NCBI GenBank assembly: GCA_045660125.1
Contig: JAZRDG010000097.1
Coordinates: forward strand, 1 to 51,325
Source of the DNA: Eubacteriales bacterium
GTDB lineage: Bacteria; Bacillota; Clostridia; Oscillospirales; CAG-272
Direction: 5' to 3'
Length of the DNA: 51,325 nt
Shown here piece after piece: positions 25,158 through 32,851 of the stretch. The notes under the pieces were generated by a model. That model was not told the DNA's origin, did no database searches, and saw nothing but the letters and a program-made list of their open reading frames with translations. Position numbers and translations under genes: made by a program. Position 1 is the stretch's first letter. Every line of letters starts with the position of its first letter.

Positions 25158-26306
25158 TCATTCGAAAGGATTGAATTTGATCAACTCATATTCATCGGTC
25201 ACTACGTTGACGATGAGCATATCGGTGGTGCAAAAGGCTGCCCCTCCCCACGTGTTCTCATGGGGATAGTAATTCTGTGAAGCCATTCCAACCCAATCAC
25301 CGCAAACCCACTGGTTGTTCCCTCTGGATGAAAATCCTCCATAGTAGAAATCTTCCACGTGGCACAACCGATGGCTATCGGTTCCGTCGGAGTTCATGAC
25401 GTAAACGTTTCCGCCCCATTCATCCTTGATGGTTGCACCGGCTTCCGTTTTGATATACCTCGGCTTATCCAATTTCTTGAAGTAAAGGACCTTGTCACCA
25501 TAAAAATAAAACCAGTCAATATTTTGCGCAATCATAATCTCTTTATTTGTTGAAAGGTCCTTTCTGTATAATCCAACAATGCGACCATTGCTATCGAGCG
25601 TCCATCTGTAAACATACTGCCCCCATTCCCGCTGCAATATTGGGGTATACTCGCGCTCATCTTCTCCGTTTAAGTCCGTAGAGAAATATTCATCTCCCTG
25701 CTCCCAAATAATTCTGCCCGCTTCGATTTTGTCAATGGTCGCATACGGATGACCGCAATCAATGATATCGGTCTTGCCGTTCTGCGTATCCCACCTGTAA
25801 ATGACGGTGTCCAACAAGTTTCCGTCTTCGAGTTTCGACTCGGAAAAATAGAGATAATAATTATAGGTAAAAAGACGGCTCAGGACACCGTTTGAGGTGC
25901 GTAGCTCCTCGACTTTCATGCTGTCACCGTCATAGGAACGCAAGCTCCATCGGTTGTCTGTTTTATTGGCGTAATATATTATGTTTCCCATTGCTGCATA
26001 ACCGAAAGGTGATACCGCGAACGGACAGTGCATCGTATCATGCTCGCAAAACACGTCCTGACAGACCCACGTCGCCGTACCCGAGGGAATATGGTATTTG
26101 ATCAATATGTTGTTTACCGATACTCCGTATATATAATTCCCCCCGATATTTCCGGTTTCCATTTCTCCGTATTCCGGCTCGCTTGACGTAATTGTTTCGG
26201 ACGGCTGCTTCGGGGGCTTCATGGGTCTGTCCGGCTGCTTCTGCTCGCAGGAGCAAGCGAAAATCGCCAGCAAGGCAAGGATCATAAGTAAAAATCTCTG
26301 CTTCAT
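25158..26306 (-). CDS. Lipoprotein, DUF5050-like paralog b
   Basis: Lipobox MKQRFLLMILALLAIFAC|SC. Collinear with paralog a along its whole length. Confidence 0.85.
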   Translation of the reverse strand: MKQRFLLMILALLAIFACSCEQKQPDRPMKPPKQPSETITSSEPEYGEMETGNIGGNYIYGVSVNNILIKYHIPSGTATWVCQDVFCEHDTMHCPFAVSPFGYAAMGNIIYYANKTDNRWSLRSYDGDSMKVEELRTSNGVLSRLFTYNYYLYFSESKLEDGNLLDTVIYRWDTQNGKTDIIDCGHPYATIDKIEAGRIIWEQGDEYFSTDLNGEDEREYTPILQREWGQYVYRWTLDSNGRIVGLYRKDLSTNKEIMIAQNIDWFYFYGDKVLYFKKLDKPRYIKTEAGATIKDEWGGNVYVMNSDGTDSHRLCHVEDFYYGGFSSRGNNQWVCGDWVGMASQNYYPHENTWGGAAFCTTDMLIVNVVTDEYELIKFNPFE

Positions 26307-26333
26307 AGATTTCCTCTCTCAATAATGTGAATA

Positions 26334-26354
26334 AGGTGGATCTTCCGCATTCGG
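26334..26354 (-). promoter_or_regulatory. Conserved upstream motif CCGAaTGCGGAAGATcC (copy 1 of 3)
   Basis: 28-48 nt upstream of the paralog b ATG. The same 17-mer core occurs at 30560-30579 and, inverted, at 31298-31316. Confidence 0.35.
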
Positions 26355-26385
26355 GTTTGTTTTTATATGCAAAACAGCCTTTGCG

Positions 26386-27300
26386 TTATGATTGCTGCCC
26401 AAACACGTAGAGGTAATAATCCTCCAAGGTGGGGCTTGCAGGCTTTGCATCGGCAAAGGGCTGCGTGTCGGACAGGATACGCAGCGTGACCGCCTGCTCT
26501 GCCGTATCGGATTTGGCAATGCCCGTGACCGTGAACTTGTTTTGCATTGCGGACACCTCGCTCTCGGGCGCGTCGGTTGTCCAGACCTTATCCGCGATCT
26601 GATGCAAAAGCTCTTGCTGGGGCGCGATGCAAAGCACCTCGCCTTTGCGCAAAAGAATGATCTCCTTTGCGATAAACTCCACGTCGGACACCACGTGCGT
26701 GGCAATGATCACGATCTTGTTGAGCGCAATGCGCGAGATGTAGTTACGCACGGCAATGCGCTGCTTGGGGTCAAGTCCTGCGGTGGGCTCGTCTAAGATC
26801 AGGATCTTGGGGTCACCCAGCACGGCTTGCGCCAAGGCAAGACGCTGCTTCATGCCGCCCGAAAGCGTGCTGATCCTGCGGTGAGATACGTCGGACAGCT
26901 CCACCGCCTGCAAAACGCCGTCGATCTGCGCCTTGATCAATGCCTTGCGCTGCTCTCGTGGCAAATCGTCACCGAGGTTTTTGAGCGTGGCAATATACCA
27001 CAAAAATTCCTCCAAGGTGAAATTGCCGTACATACCGGGATACTGCGGCATAAAGCCTAACAGCCCGCGGAAACGCTTGCCCATTGCGGCAATGCTTTCC
27101 ACCTCTCCGTTCTCTCCGGAAAACATGATTGTGCCCGCATCCGCCTTGAGATTGCCCGTGAGAATATTCATCAGCGTGGTCTTTCCCGAGCCGTTGGGAC
27201 CCAGCAGCGCATACACGCCGGGGGTAAGGCTGGCGGAAAAATCGATCAGCGCACGGGTCTTTCCGTATGATTTACTTACGTTTTGAAATGCAAGGATCAC
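26386..27300 (-). CDS. ABC transporter ATP-binding protein (ABC-2/DrrA-like), module 1
   Basis: Walker A GPNGSGKTT, signature LSGGMKQRLALAQAVL, Walker B ILILDEP. The GTG start follows the permease TAA directly, with SD GGAGG 8 nt upstream. Confidence 0.9.
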   Translation of the reverse strand: MILAFQNVSKSYGKTRALIDFSASLTPGVYALLGPNGSGKTTLMNILTGNLKADAGTIMFSGENGEVESIAAMGKRFRGLLGFMPQYPGMYGNFTLEEFLWYIATLKNLGDDLPREQRKALIKAQIDGVLQAVELSDVSHRRISTLSGGMKQRLALAQAVLGDPKILILDEPTAGLDPKQRIAVRNYISRIALNKIVIIATHVVSDVEFIAKEIILLRKGEVLCIAPQQELLHQIADKVWTTDAPESEVSAMQNKFTVTGIAKSDTAEQAVTLRILSDTQPFADAKPASPTLEDYYLYVFGQQS

Positions 27301-29406
27301 TTAAACGACCTCCTTGTTTTGATTTTGATGAAGAATTGCAAGCCCGATGCCGAGCAGCAAGAAAACAATACCTACAGCACCCGCCTTGAGCCAGCCCTCA
27401 TTCATGCCGTCAAGCAGGAATGCGTTGCCGTCCAAAAACGTTGTCAATCGAAAATGCTGCAACGCGTCAACGCCCATGCCGTAAATTACCTGCGGCAGCT
27501 GTATGACCGCAATCAGGATCACGAGCGAGAGATACGACACCTTGACAGGCGCGGTCACGTGGCACGCAAGCACGCATAAAAAGATGCAGGTGACGTAGCG
27601 AATGGCGAGGATCAGCACAACGTATTGCCACAACCTCAGATCGGTGGGCGCGTTTTTATAAACTTCAAGGCTGATCAGCGTGGCGTTTGCGTCCTCAAAG
27701 GTGGAGGACAGCACAACGGGAAGCAGCTGCATAAACGTAAACACAACAAAGAATGCGGTAGTCAGCAGCGTGCTTACAAGCAGCTTTGCGCGCAGCGTGT
27801 CTTTTCGTCCGCGCACCGTGGTGGGCAAAATGCCCGAGAACTTGGAGGAGTACTCCACCGCTACAAGGAACGTGGCAACCATTAAGATCGCCAAGAACAG
27901 CAGCACGTCATCTCCCATTTGGTACAGGCGCATCCAGCCCGTGTCGTAAAGCAGCGTCAAGCCCTCAAGTCCGCGCTCGCTTTGGTACGCGCACGCCTGC
28001 GATACCCTTGCCAAGGGCATCTCGTGCAGGCAGGCGTAATAATATTCGGTCTCGATCTGTATCATATCAAGCCCTTCGGGCAGCATATCGGGCGTTTCGT
28101 TGCGGTATTTGTAGTAGTTTCGATACCCATCCGATACTCGCTCTGCCTCGGCATCAAGATACGCCCAGCGCTGCGCGTCATCCAAGGGCGCAAGATCCTG
28201 CACGTAATCGTAATAGATCTGATCCGACTTGCTTGTGTATTCCTTGTAATGCATCACCGCACTTGCCGCAGATGCGACCAACAAAAGCGCAACGGTGAGC
28301 ACCACGAAGCGGTTTTTGAGTATTTTTTTGAACTCCCAGCCAAGCAGCGCAGTGCCCGCGCCCACAGACGCACGCGTGCCTGCCTTGTGGCGTTCTTTGG
28401 CGTTGAACCGAAATCGCGCCAGACACAGGTGCAGCAGCACGGTCAAGCCCATGCAGACAAGGGAAAGCACGGCACACAGCACAAAAATGGCAACCAGTAC
28501 GGGCACGGGCTTGCCCAGCACGCGCACGCATTGGTACTTTGCAAGGAAGGTGGCAGCATCGGGCGCCGCAATCAGATTGCAATGGTCAAAAATCACGTCA
28601 CTGTTGAGATATTGGCGGTCGTTGACCACAATATTGACCGCATAGACCAGCACCGAGAGCACCAAGGCGACCAAGCGATTGCCCAGCGCGTAGGTCATAA
28701 AGCCGACAAGCGCACACACAGCAACCGTCATACAGGTGCGCACCGCGAACAAAAGCAGCACGGATTGCCAGACGCGCAAGGAATAGGGTGCCGCGATAAA
28801 TGCAAAAAAGCTTTGCACGTATTCGCCAAGCCCCACAAAGGCGTAAGGGGTCTCGGCAGCCCGCGCACCAAGCAGCATGCCGCACATGGAAATGCCTGCG
28901 AACAAGACGTTCAAGGCAACTGCGCACAGCAGCATGGCGCATATCTTGCTGAGAATGTATTTGAGTCTGCCGTCAGCCGTTGCATACAGGATGGGCTGCA
29001 TGCCGGTTTTGCCGTCCACGCTGAACAGCTGCACAGAGAGGAAGACGACGCAGATCAAAAGCAGCGGATTTGCCGCGTTGAACGAAAGATAGGTATCCCA
29101 TCCGCTGACGGGCTGCTCTGCAAGCTCAAGATCCTTCAGATCGGTATAAATTTCAATGACATCTTCAAAATAGAGCGTCGCATAGCTGTCCTCGGAGTTG
29201 TAAAGGCTTTGCTGATACTGCCGCTTGGCATTGGAGATCACGGCGGAGATCTTTTTCTCGTATTGCCGTGTCTGCTGCGACTCGGGTGCCTTGGATGCCT
29301 GATTATAGGCAAGTCCGCCCGTCACAAGCAGCAATATAAGCACGATTGCCACCGTCAGCTTGGACAGGCTGATTTTTCTGAGTTCAAATAATAGTTGTTT
29401 CATCAT
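27301..29406 (-). CDS. Fused double-TMD ABC-2-like permease (701 aa), module 1
   Basis: Two halves, each opening with a TM followed by a hydrophilic loop of 70-150 aa, then multiple helices. The ATG overlaps the lipoprotein c stop (ATGA). The ATPase follows directly. Confidence 0.8.
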   Translation of the reverse strand: MMKQLLFELRKISLSKLTVAIVLILLLVTGGLAYNQASKAPESQQTRQYEKKISAVISNAKRQYQQSLYNSEDSYATLYFEDVIEIYTDLKDLELAEQPVSGWDTYLSFNAANPLLLICVVFLSVQLFSVDGKTGMQPILYATADGRLKYILSKICAMLLCAVALNVLFAGISMCGMLLGARAAETPYAFVGLGEYVQSFFAFIAAPYSLRVWQSVLLLFAVRTCMTVAVCALVGFMTYALGNRLVALVLSVLVYAVNIVVNDRQYLNSDVIFDHCNLIAAPDAATFLAKYQCVRVLGKPVPVLVAIFVLCAVLSLVCMGLTVLLHLCLARFRFNAKERHKAGTRASVGAGTALLGWEFKKILKNRFVVLTVALLLVASAASAVMHYKEYTSKSDQIYYDYVQDLAPLDDAQRWAYLDAEAERVSDGYRNYYKYRNETPDMLPEGLDMIQIETEYYYACLHEMPLARVSQACAYQSERGLEGLTLLYDTGWMRLYQMGDDVLLFLAILMVATFLVAVEYSSKFSGILPTTVRGRKDTLRAKLLVSTLLTTAFFVVFTFMQLLPVVLSSTFEDANATLISLEVYKNAPTDLRLWQYVVLILAIRYVTCIFLCVLACHVTAPVKVSYLSLVILIAVIQLPQVIYGMGVDALQHFRLTTFLDGNAFLLDGMNEGWLKAGAVGIVFLLLGIGLAILHQNQNKEVV

Positions 29407-30533
29407 TCATATTGATTAAATTTAATAAGCTTATATTCACCCGTGATCACGTTGACGAAAAGCGTATCGGCTAAACTGTAATTCACTTGCCCGTACGTAT
29501 CCAAATAATAATTCTGGGATTGGAACCCCACCCAGTCTCCGCAGACCCACTCGTTATTTCTTGCCGATGACGTTCCCGCATAATAAAAATCATCCACGTG
29601 GCATAACAGCCGGTTTTCGGTTCCGTCGGAGTTCATGATGTAAACGTTCCCACCGTATTCATCTTTGATTTTTTTGCCGGTTTCGGTATCTATGATTCTT
29701 GGAGTCTGCAGTTTTTTGAAGTAAAGAACCTTATCTCCGTAAAAGAAAAAGAACGCAATATCCCGTTCGAGCAGGATCTCTTTATTGGTGGTGAGGTCTT
29801 TTCTGTACAGCGCAGCAAATTTCGTTCCGTCGAATACCCATCTGTAAACGTATTTTCCCCATTCGCGCTGATACGTTTGGTTATATTCCCGCTCATCGTC
29901 TCCATCCAAATTTGTTGAAAACAACGTATCTCCCTGTTTCCAAACGATCCTTCCTGCTTGAATTTTTTCTATTTTAGCACCGGGATAACCGCAGTCAATG
30001 GTCTCGGTCTTACCGCTCTGCGTATCCCACCTGTAAATGACGGTGTCACTCAAGTTACCGTCTACAAGCTTCGACTCGGAAAAATAGAGATAATAATTAT
30101 ACGAAAAAAGGCGATTCAGGACACCGTTTGAGGTGCGCAGCTCCTCGGTTTTCATGCTGTCACCGTCATAAGAGCGTAAATGGAATTGTTCATCGATCCG
30201 AACTGTGTAATACAGCATATTCCCGATCGCTGCCAAATTGTGTCCACCTGCGAGGAAGGGGCATTCCATATTGATGTTGTGGTTGCAAAACGGATCCGGA
30301 CATACAAAAGATGCCGTGCCGGTCGGAATATGGTACTTGACAAGAATACGGGCATCTATCATCCTGTAAACGTAATCTCCCGCAACCGTTCCGGTCTCAA
30401 CCTCTCCGTATTCCGGCTCACTTGACGTGATTTTTTCAAACGTCGGTCGCTCGGGGCGTGGCTGCTTTTGCTCACAGGAGCACAGCAGGATAGCAAATAT
30501 TATAAGAGTAATCAATAAAAATTTGTGTTTCAT
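29403..30533 (-). CDS. Lipoprotein, DUF5050-like paralog c (first gene of module 1)
   Basis: Lipobox MKHKFLLITLIIFAILLC|SC. Motifs KYHIPTGTASFVCPDPFCNH and YNYYLYFSE. Confidence 0.85.
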   Translation of the reverse strand: MKHKFLLITLIIFAILLCSCEQKQPRPERPTFEKITSSEPEYGEVETGTVAGDYVYRMIDARILVKYHIPTGTASFVCPDPFCNHNINMECPFLAGGHNLAAIGNMLYYTVRIDEQFHLRSYDGDSMKTEELRTSNGVLNRLFSYNYYLYFSESKLVDGNLSDTVIYRWDTQSGKTETIDCGYPGAKIEKIQAGRIVWKQGDTLFSTNLDGDDEREYNQTYQREWGKYVYRWVFDGTKFAALYRKDLTTNKEILLERDIAFFFFYGDKVLYFKKLQTPRIIDTETGKKIKDEYGGNVYIMNSDGTENRLLCHVDDFYYAGTSSARNNEWVCGDWVGFQSQNYYLDTYGQVNYSLADTLFVNVITGEYKLIKFNQYE

Positions 30534-30559
30534 AAAATTCCTCTTTCAATGATGGTATT

Positions 30560-30579
30560 AGGTGAATCTTCCGCAACCG
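30560..30579 (-). promoter_or_regulatory. Conserved upstream motif CGGtTGCGGAAGATTC (copy 2 of 3)
   Basis: 27-46 nt upstream of the paralog c ATG, in the same orientation and at the same distance as copy 1. Confidence 0.35.
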
Positions 30580-30592
30580 AATATGTCTGCTC

Positions 30593-30672
30593 TCAGTTAC
30601 GGTCAGCTACTGTCAGTTATTTTCACTTTCCGTTAGTCGCTGTTGGTTGTCATTAGTTGCTGTTAGTTGGAC
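30593..30672. repeat. Degenerate tandem repeat with exact 10-bp phasing (8 units)
   Basis: Units: TCAGTTACGG, TCAGCTACTG, TCAGTTATTT, TCACTTTCCG, TTAGTCGCTG, TTGGTTGTCA, TTAGTTGCTG, TTAGTTGGAC. The last unit overlaps the stop of the 200-aa gene. Confidence 0.7.
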
Positions 30673-31265
30673 ATTTGAATGAATCCATCGTCACCGGTCA
30701 CCCAAGCATAACTTACTGTTTTCTCCATTATGGCAGTAAAGTAAATTCTTTCTCTTGCACTACCTGGGATCTCTAATTCCTCAAGGACAATGGCACAGCT
30801 GCCGTTGTCGTTACGGCGTCCGATAATCGCGGTTGCCATACCATGTGTAGGTACGAAAGTAACCCTTTTCGTCATGCTGACACTGTGCTCGCAGTAATTG
30901 TCAACTGTTCCGACAAAATACGCTGCATCCGTTTCAAATACGTTGTTTGTATCATGATAATAATTGCGCACGTCATCACCATAATACTCTTCGCCCTCTC
31001 CTGTAAGCGGATTGACTCCATAAATTGATGCAAAGCATATACCCACCGAGAAATTAGCCCCGCTGGCTTTTTGCAGCTCTGCATAAGCCGTGTAGCGCAG
31101 AGTCTGATTGTTTGCATTACTTACCGCAATGGAGAAAAGGCTGTTGCCGTTTTCATCCCAATACGTATTTCCTCCAAGAATGTAAGCATGAGAGCCCACG
31201 CAATAAAAAGAGGCAAGCATAATCATAGCAAGCGTGCAAAGCACGATTCTTTTCGCAGTTTTCAT
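30663..31265 (-). CDS. Secreted hypothetical protein (200 aa)
   Basis: Signal peptide MKTAKRIVLCTLAMIMLASFYCVGSHA. SD AAGGAGAA. Visibly AT-richer than its neighbours. No family recognised. Confidence 0.65.
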   Translation of the reverse strand: MKTAKRIVLCTLAMIMLASFYCVGSHAYILGGNTYWDENGNSLFSIAVSNANNQTLRYTAYAELQKASGANFSVGICFASIYGVNPLTGEGEEYYGDDVRNYYHDTNNVFETDAAYFVGTVDNYCEHSVSMTKRVTFVPTHGMATAIIGRRNDNGSCAIVLEELEIPGSARERIYFTAIMEKTVSYAWVTGDDGFIQMSN

Positions 31266-31297
31266 TTTGTGTTCTCCTTTTTTTCTTTTTTTGTTTC

Positions 31298-31316
31298 CCG
31301 ATTGCGGAAGATTCTG
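31298..31316 (+). promoter_or_regulatory. Conserved motif CCGAtTGCGGAAGATTC (copy 3 of 3, inverted relative to its gene)
   Basis: 33-51 nt upstream of the ATG of the 200-aa gene, but on the opposite strand compared with copies 1 and 2. Confidence 0.3.
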
Positions 31317-31421
31317 TGAGAGCTGACACCAAATAATGGCTGAAAACTGCGTTTTGTTACAGTTTTTGGAGAATGTTTACAAAATATGCACAAATTCCGT
31401 GTGGTTTGCCTTAATCCCCGT

Positions 31422-31679
31422 CTATACGGTAATAACGTCCTCAAAGTACAGCGTCGCATAGCTATCCTCGGAGTTGTAAAGGCTTTGCTGATACTGCCGC
31501 TTAGCGTTCGTGATGACCGATGTGATCGCTTTCTCGTATCCCTTGGTCTGCACCGACTCGGGTGCCTTGGATGCCTGATTGTAGGCAAGAGCGCCCGTCA
31601 CAAGCAGCAATATAAGCACGATTGCCACCGTCAGCTTGGACAGGCTGATTTTTCTGATTTCAAAAAATAGTTGTTTCAT
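31422..31679 (-). pseudogene. 5' remnant of a third fused-permease gene (85 codons)
   Basis: MKQLFFEIRKISLSKLTVAIVLILLLVTGALAYNQASKAPES...QYQQSLYNSEDSYATLYFEDVI aligns with the first ~85 aa of the 701-aa permease. Nucleotide homology to 29150-29406 ends near 31430. Confidence 0.8.
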
Positions 31680-31694
31680 AGTTTTTGTTATTTT

Positions 31695-32822
31695 TTATTC
31701 GTAAGGATTGTATTTTACGTATCTGTACTCCCCCGTCACAACGTTGACGATCAGCATATCTGTCTCCTGAACACCGCCATCATAGATACACCACGTCAGA
31801 ATGCCCACCCAGTCGCCGCTGCAAAGCTGGTTGTTGCGGTGCGATGACATACCCAGAATCGGGCAATCGTCTACGTGACACAAAAGCCGCTTATCCGAGC
31901 CGTCCAAGTTCATAACGTAAACGTTTCCGCCTAAGGTGTCATAAGAAGTACCATACTCGTCCGAATACCAGATCTCGGGGTTTTCTACAGGCTTGAAATA
32001 CAGGATCTTATCCCCGTAAAAGTAGAAAAACTCCAATTTTTCATCCGAAATCACGATCTCCTCACCGGTGGTGTGATCCTTGCGGTACATTTTCGTGTAA
32101 TATTTGTAGTCCTCGGAACATTCCCACCTGTACGTATAGTTGCCGTAAGGGCGGCTGAAATTCATGACGTATACGTCTTCATCATCACCGTTCAAGTCGG
32201 TAGAAAAATACTCGTTTCCCCGCTTCCAGACAATTCTGCCCGCCTCGATCGTATAAATCCTGGCTGCTTCGTACCCGCAATCAATGACCTCGAGTACACC
32301 GCTTTGCGTATCCAATCTGTAATGCGTGTACTTGAACTCCTCTTCGACCTTAGTGGGTAGCTTTTCCCAAAAATACAGGTAGTAATTATAGGTAAAGGGA
32401 TTGCCTATCATCCCGTTTGAGGTGCGGATCTCTTCGATCTTCATATCGTCGCCGTTATAGGAGCGCAGATGAATCTGCTCGTCACTTTCCACTATGTAAT
32501 ACAGCGTATTTCCGATAGCAGCCATACGCGGCCAGGAGACCTGAAATTCGCAAGAGGAGGACCACTCCTCGTGCGTGCAAAACGGGTCCGGGCAAACGGT
32601 CGATACCGTTCCCGTGGGAATATGGTATTTCAACAGCACTCCGTCGTTTGAATGGTATAGGTAATCTCCCGGCACGGTGCCTGTTCCCATCTCACCATGG
32701 TCAGTCTCGCTTGAGGTGACGGTTTCTTTTGGTGGTTTCATGGGTCTGTCCGGCTGCTTTTCGCAGGAGCACGCGAAAATCGCCAGCAAAGCAAGGATCA
32801 TGATGAAAAATCTGCGTTTCAT
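31695..32822 (-). CDS. Lipoprotein, DUF5050-like paralog d
   Basis: Lipobox MKRRFFIMILALLAIFAC|SC. Motifs KYHIPTGTVSTVCPDPFCTH and YNYYLYFWE. Confidence 0.85.
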   Translation of the reverse strand: MKRRFFIMILALLAIFACSCEKQPDRPMKPPKETVTSSETDHGEMGTGTVPGDYLYHSNDGVLLKYHIPTGTVSTVCPDPFCTHEEWSSSCEFQVSWPRMAAIGNTLYYIVESDEQIHLRSYNGDDMKIEEIRTSNGMIGNPFTYNYYLYFWEKLPTKVEEEFKYTHYRLDTQSGVLEVIDCGYEAARIYTIEAGRIVWKRGNEYFSTDLNGDDEDVYVMNFSRPYGNYTYRWECSEDYKYYTKMYRKDHTTGEEIVISDEKLEFFYFYGDKILYFKPVENPEIWYSDEYGTSYDTLGGNVYVMNLDGSDKRLLCHVDDCPILGMSSHRNNQLCSGDWVGILTWCIYDGGVQETDMLIVNVVTGEYRYVKYNPYE

Positions 32823-32851
32823 AAAAGCTACCTTCTTTCAAAATCGGAGTT

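Noticed and set aside
27919-29391. 490-aa plus-strand ORF opposite the 701-aa permease. Similar plus-strand ORFs lie at 33053-34018, 35474-36100, 37959-38924 and 40393-41676.
   Set aside because: They are shadow ORFs opposite genes supported by paralogy, coupling and hydrophobicity patterns.
31407-31431. TTTGCCTTAATCCCCGTCTATACGG on the plus strand resembles the TTTGCAAAAATGCCGTCTATATAGG promoter-proximal motif.
   Set aside because: The match needs an indel and has several mismatches. It points antisense into the permease remnant with no gene to drive, and it coincides with the rearrangement junction. It is probably a relic or chance.
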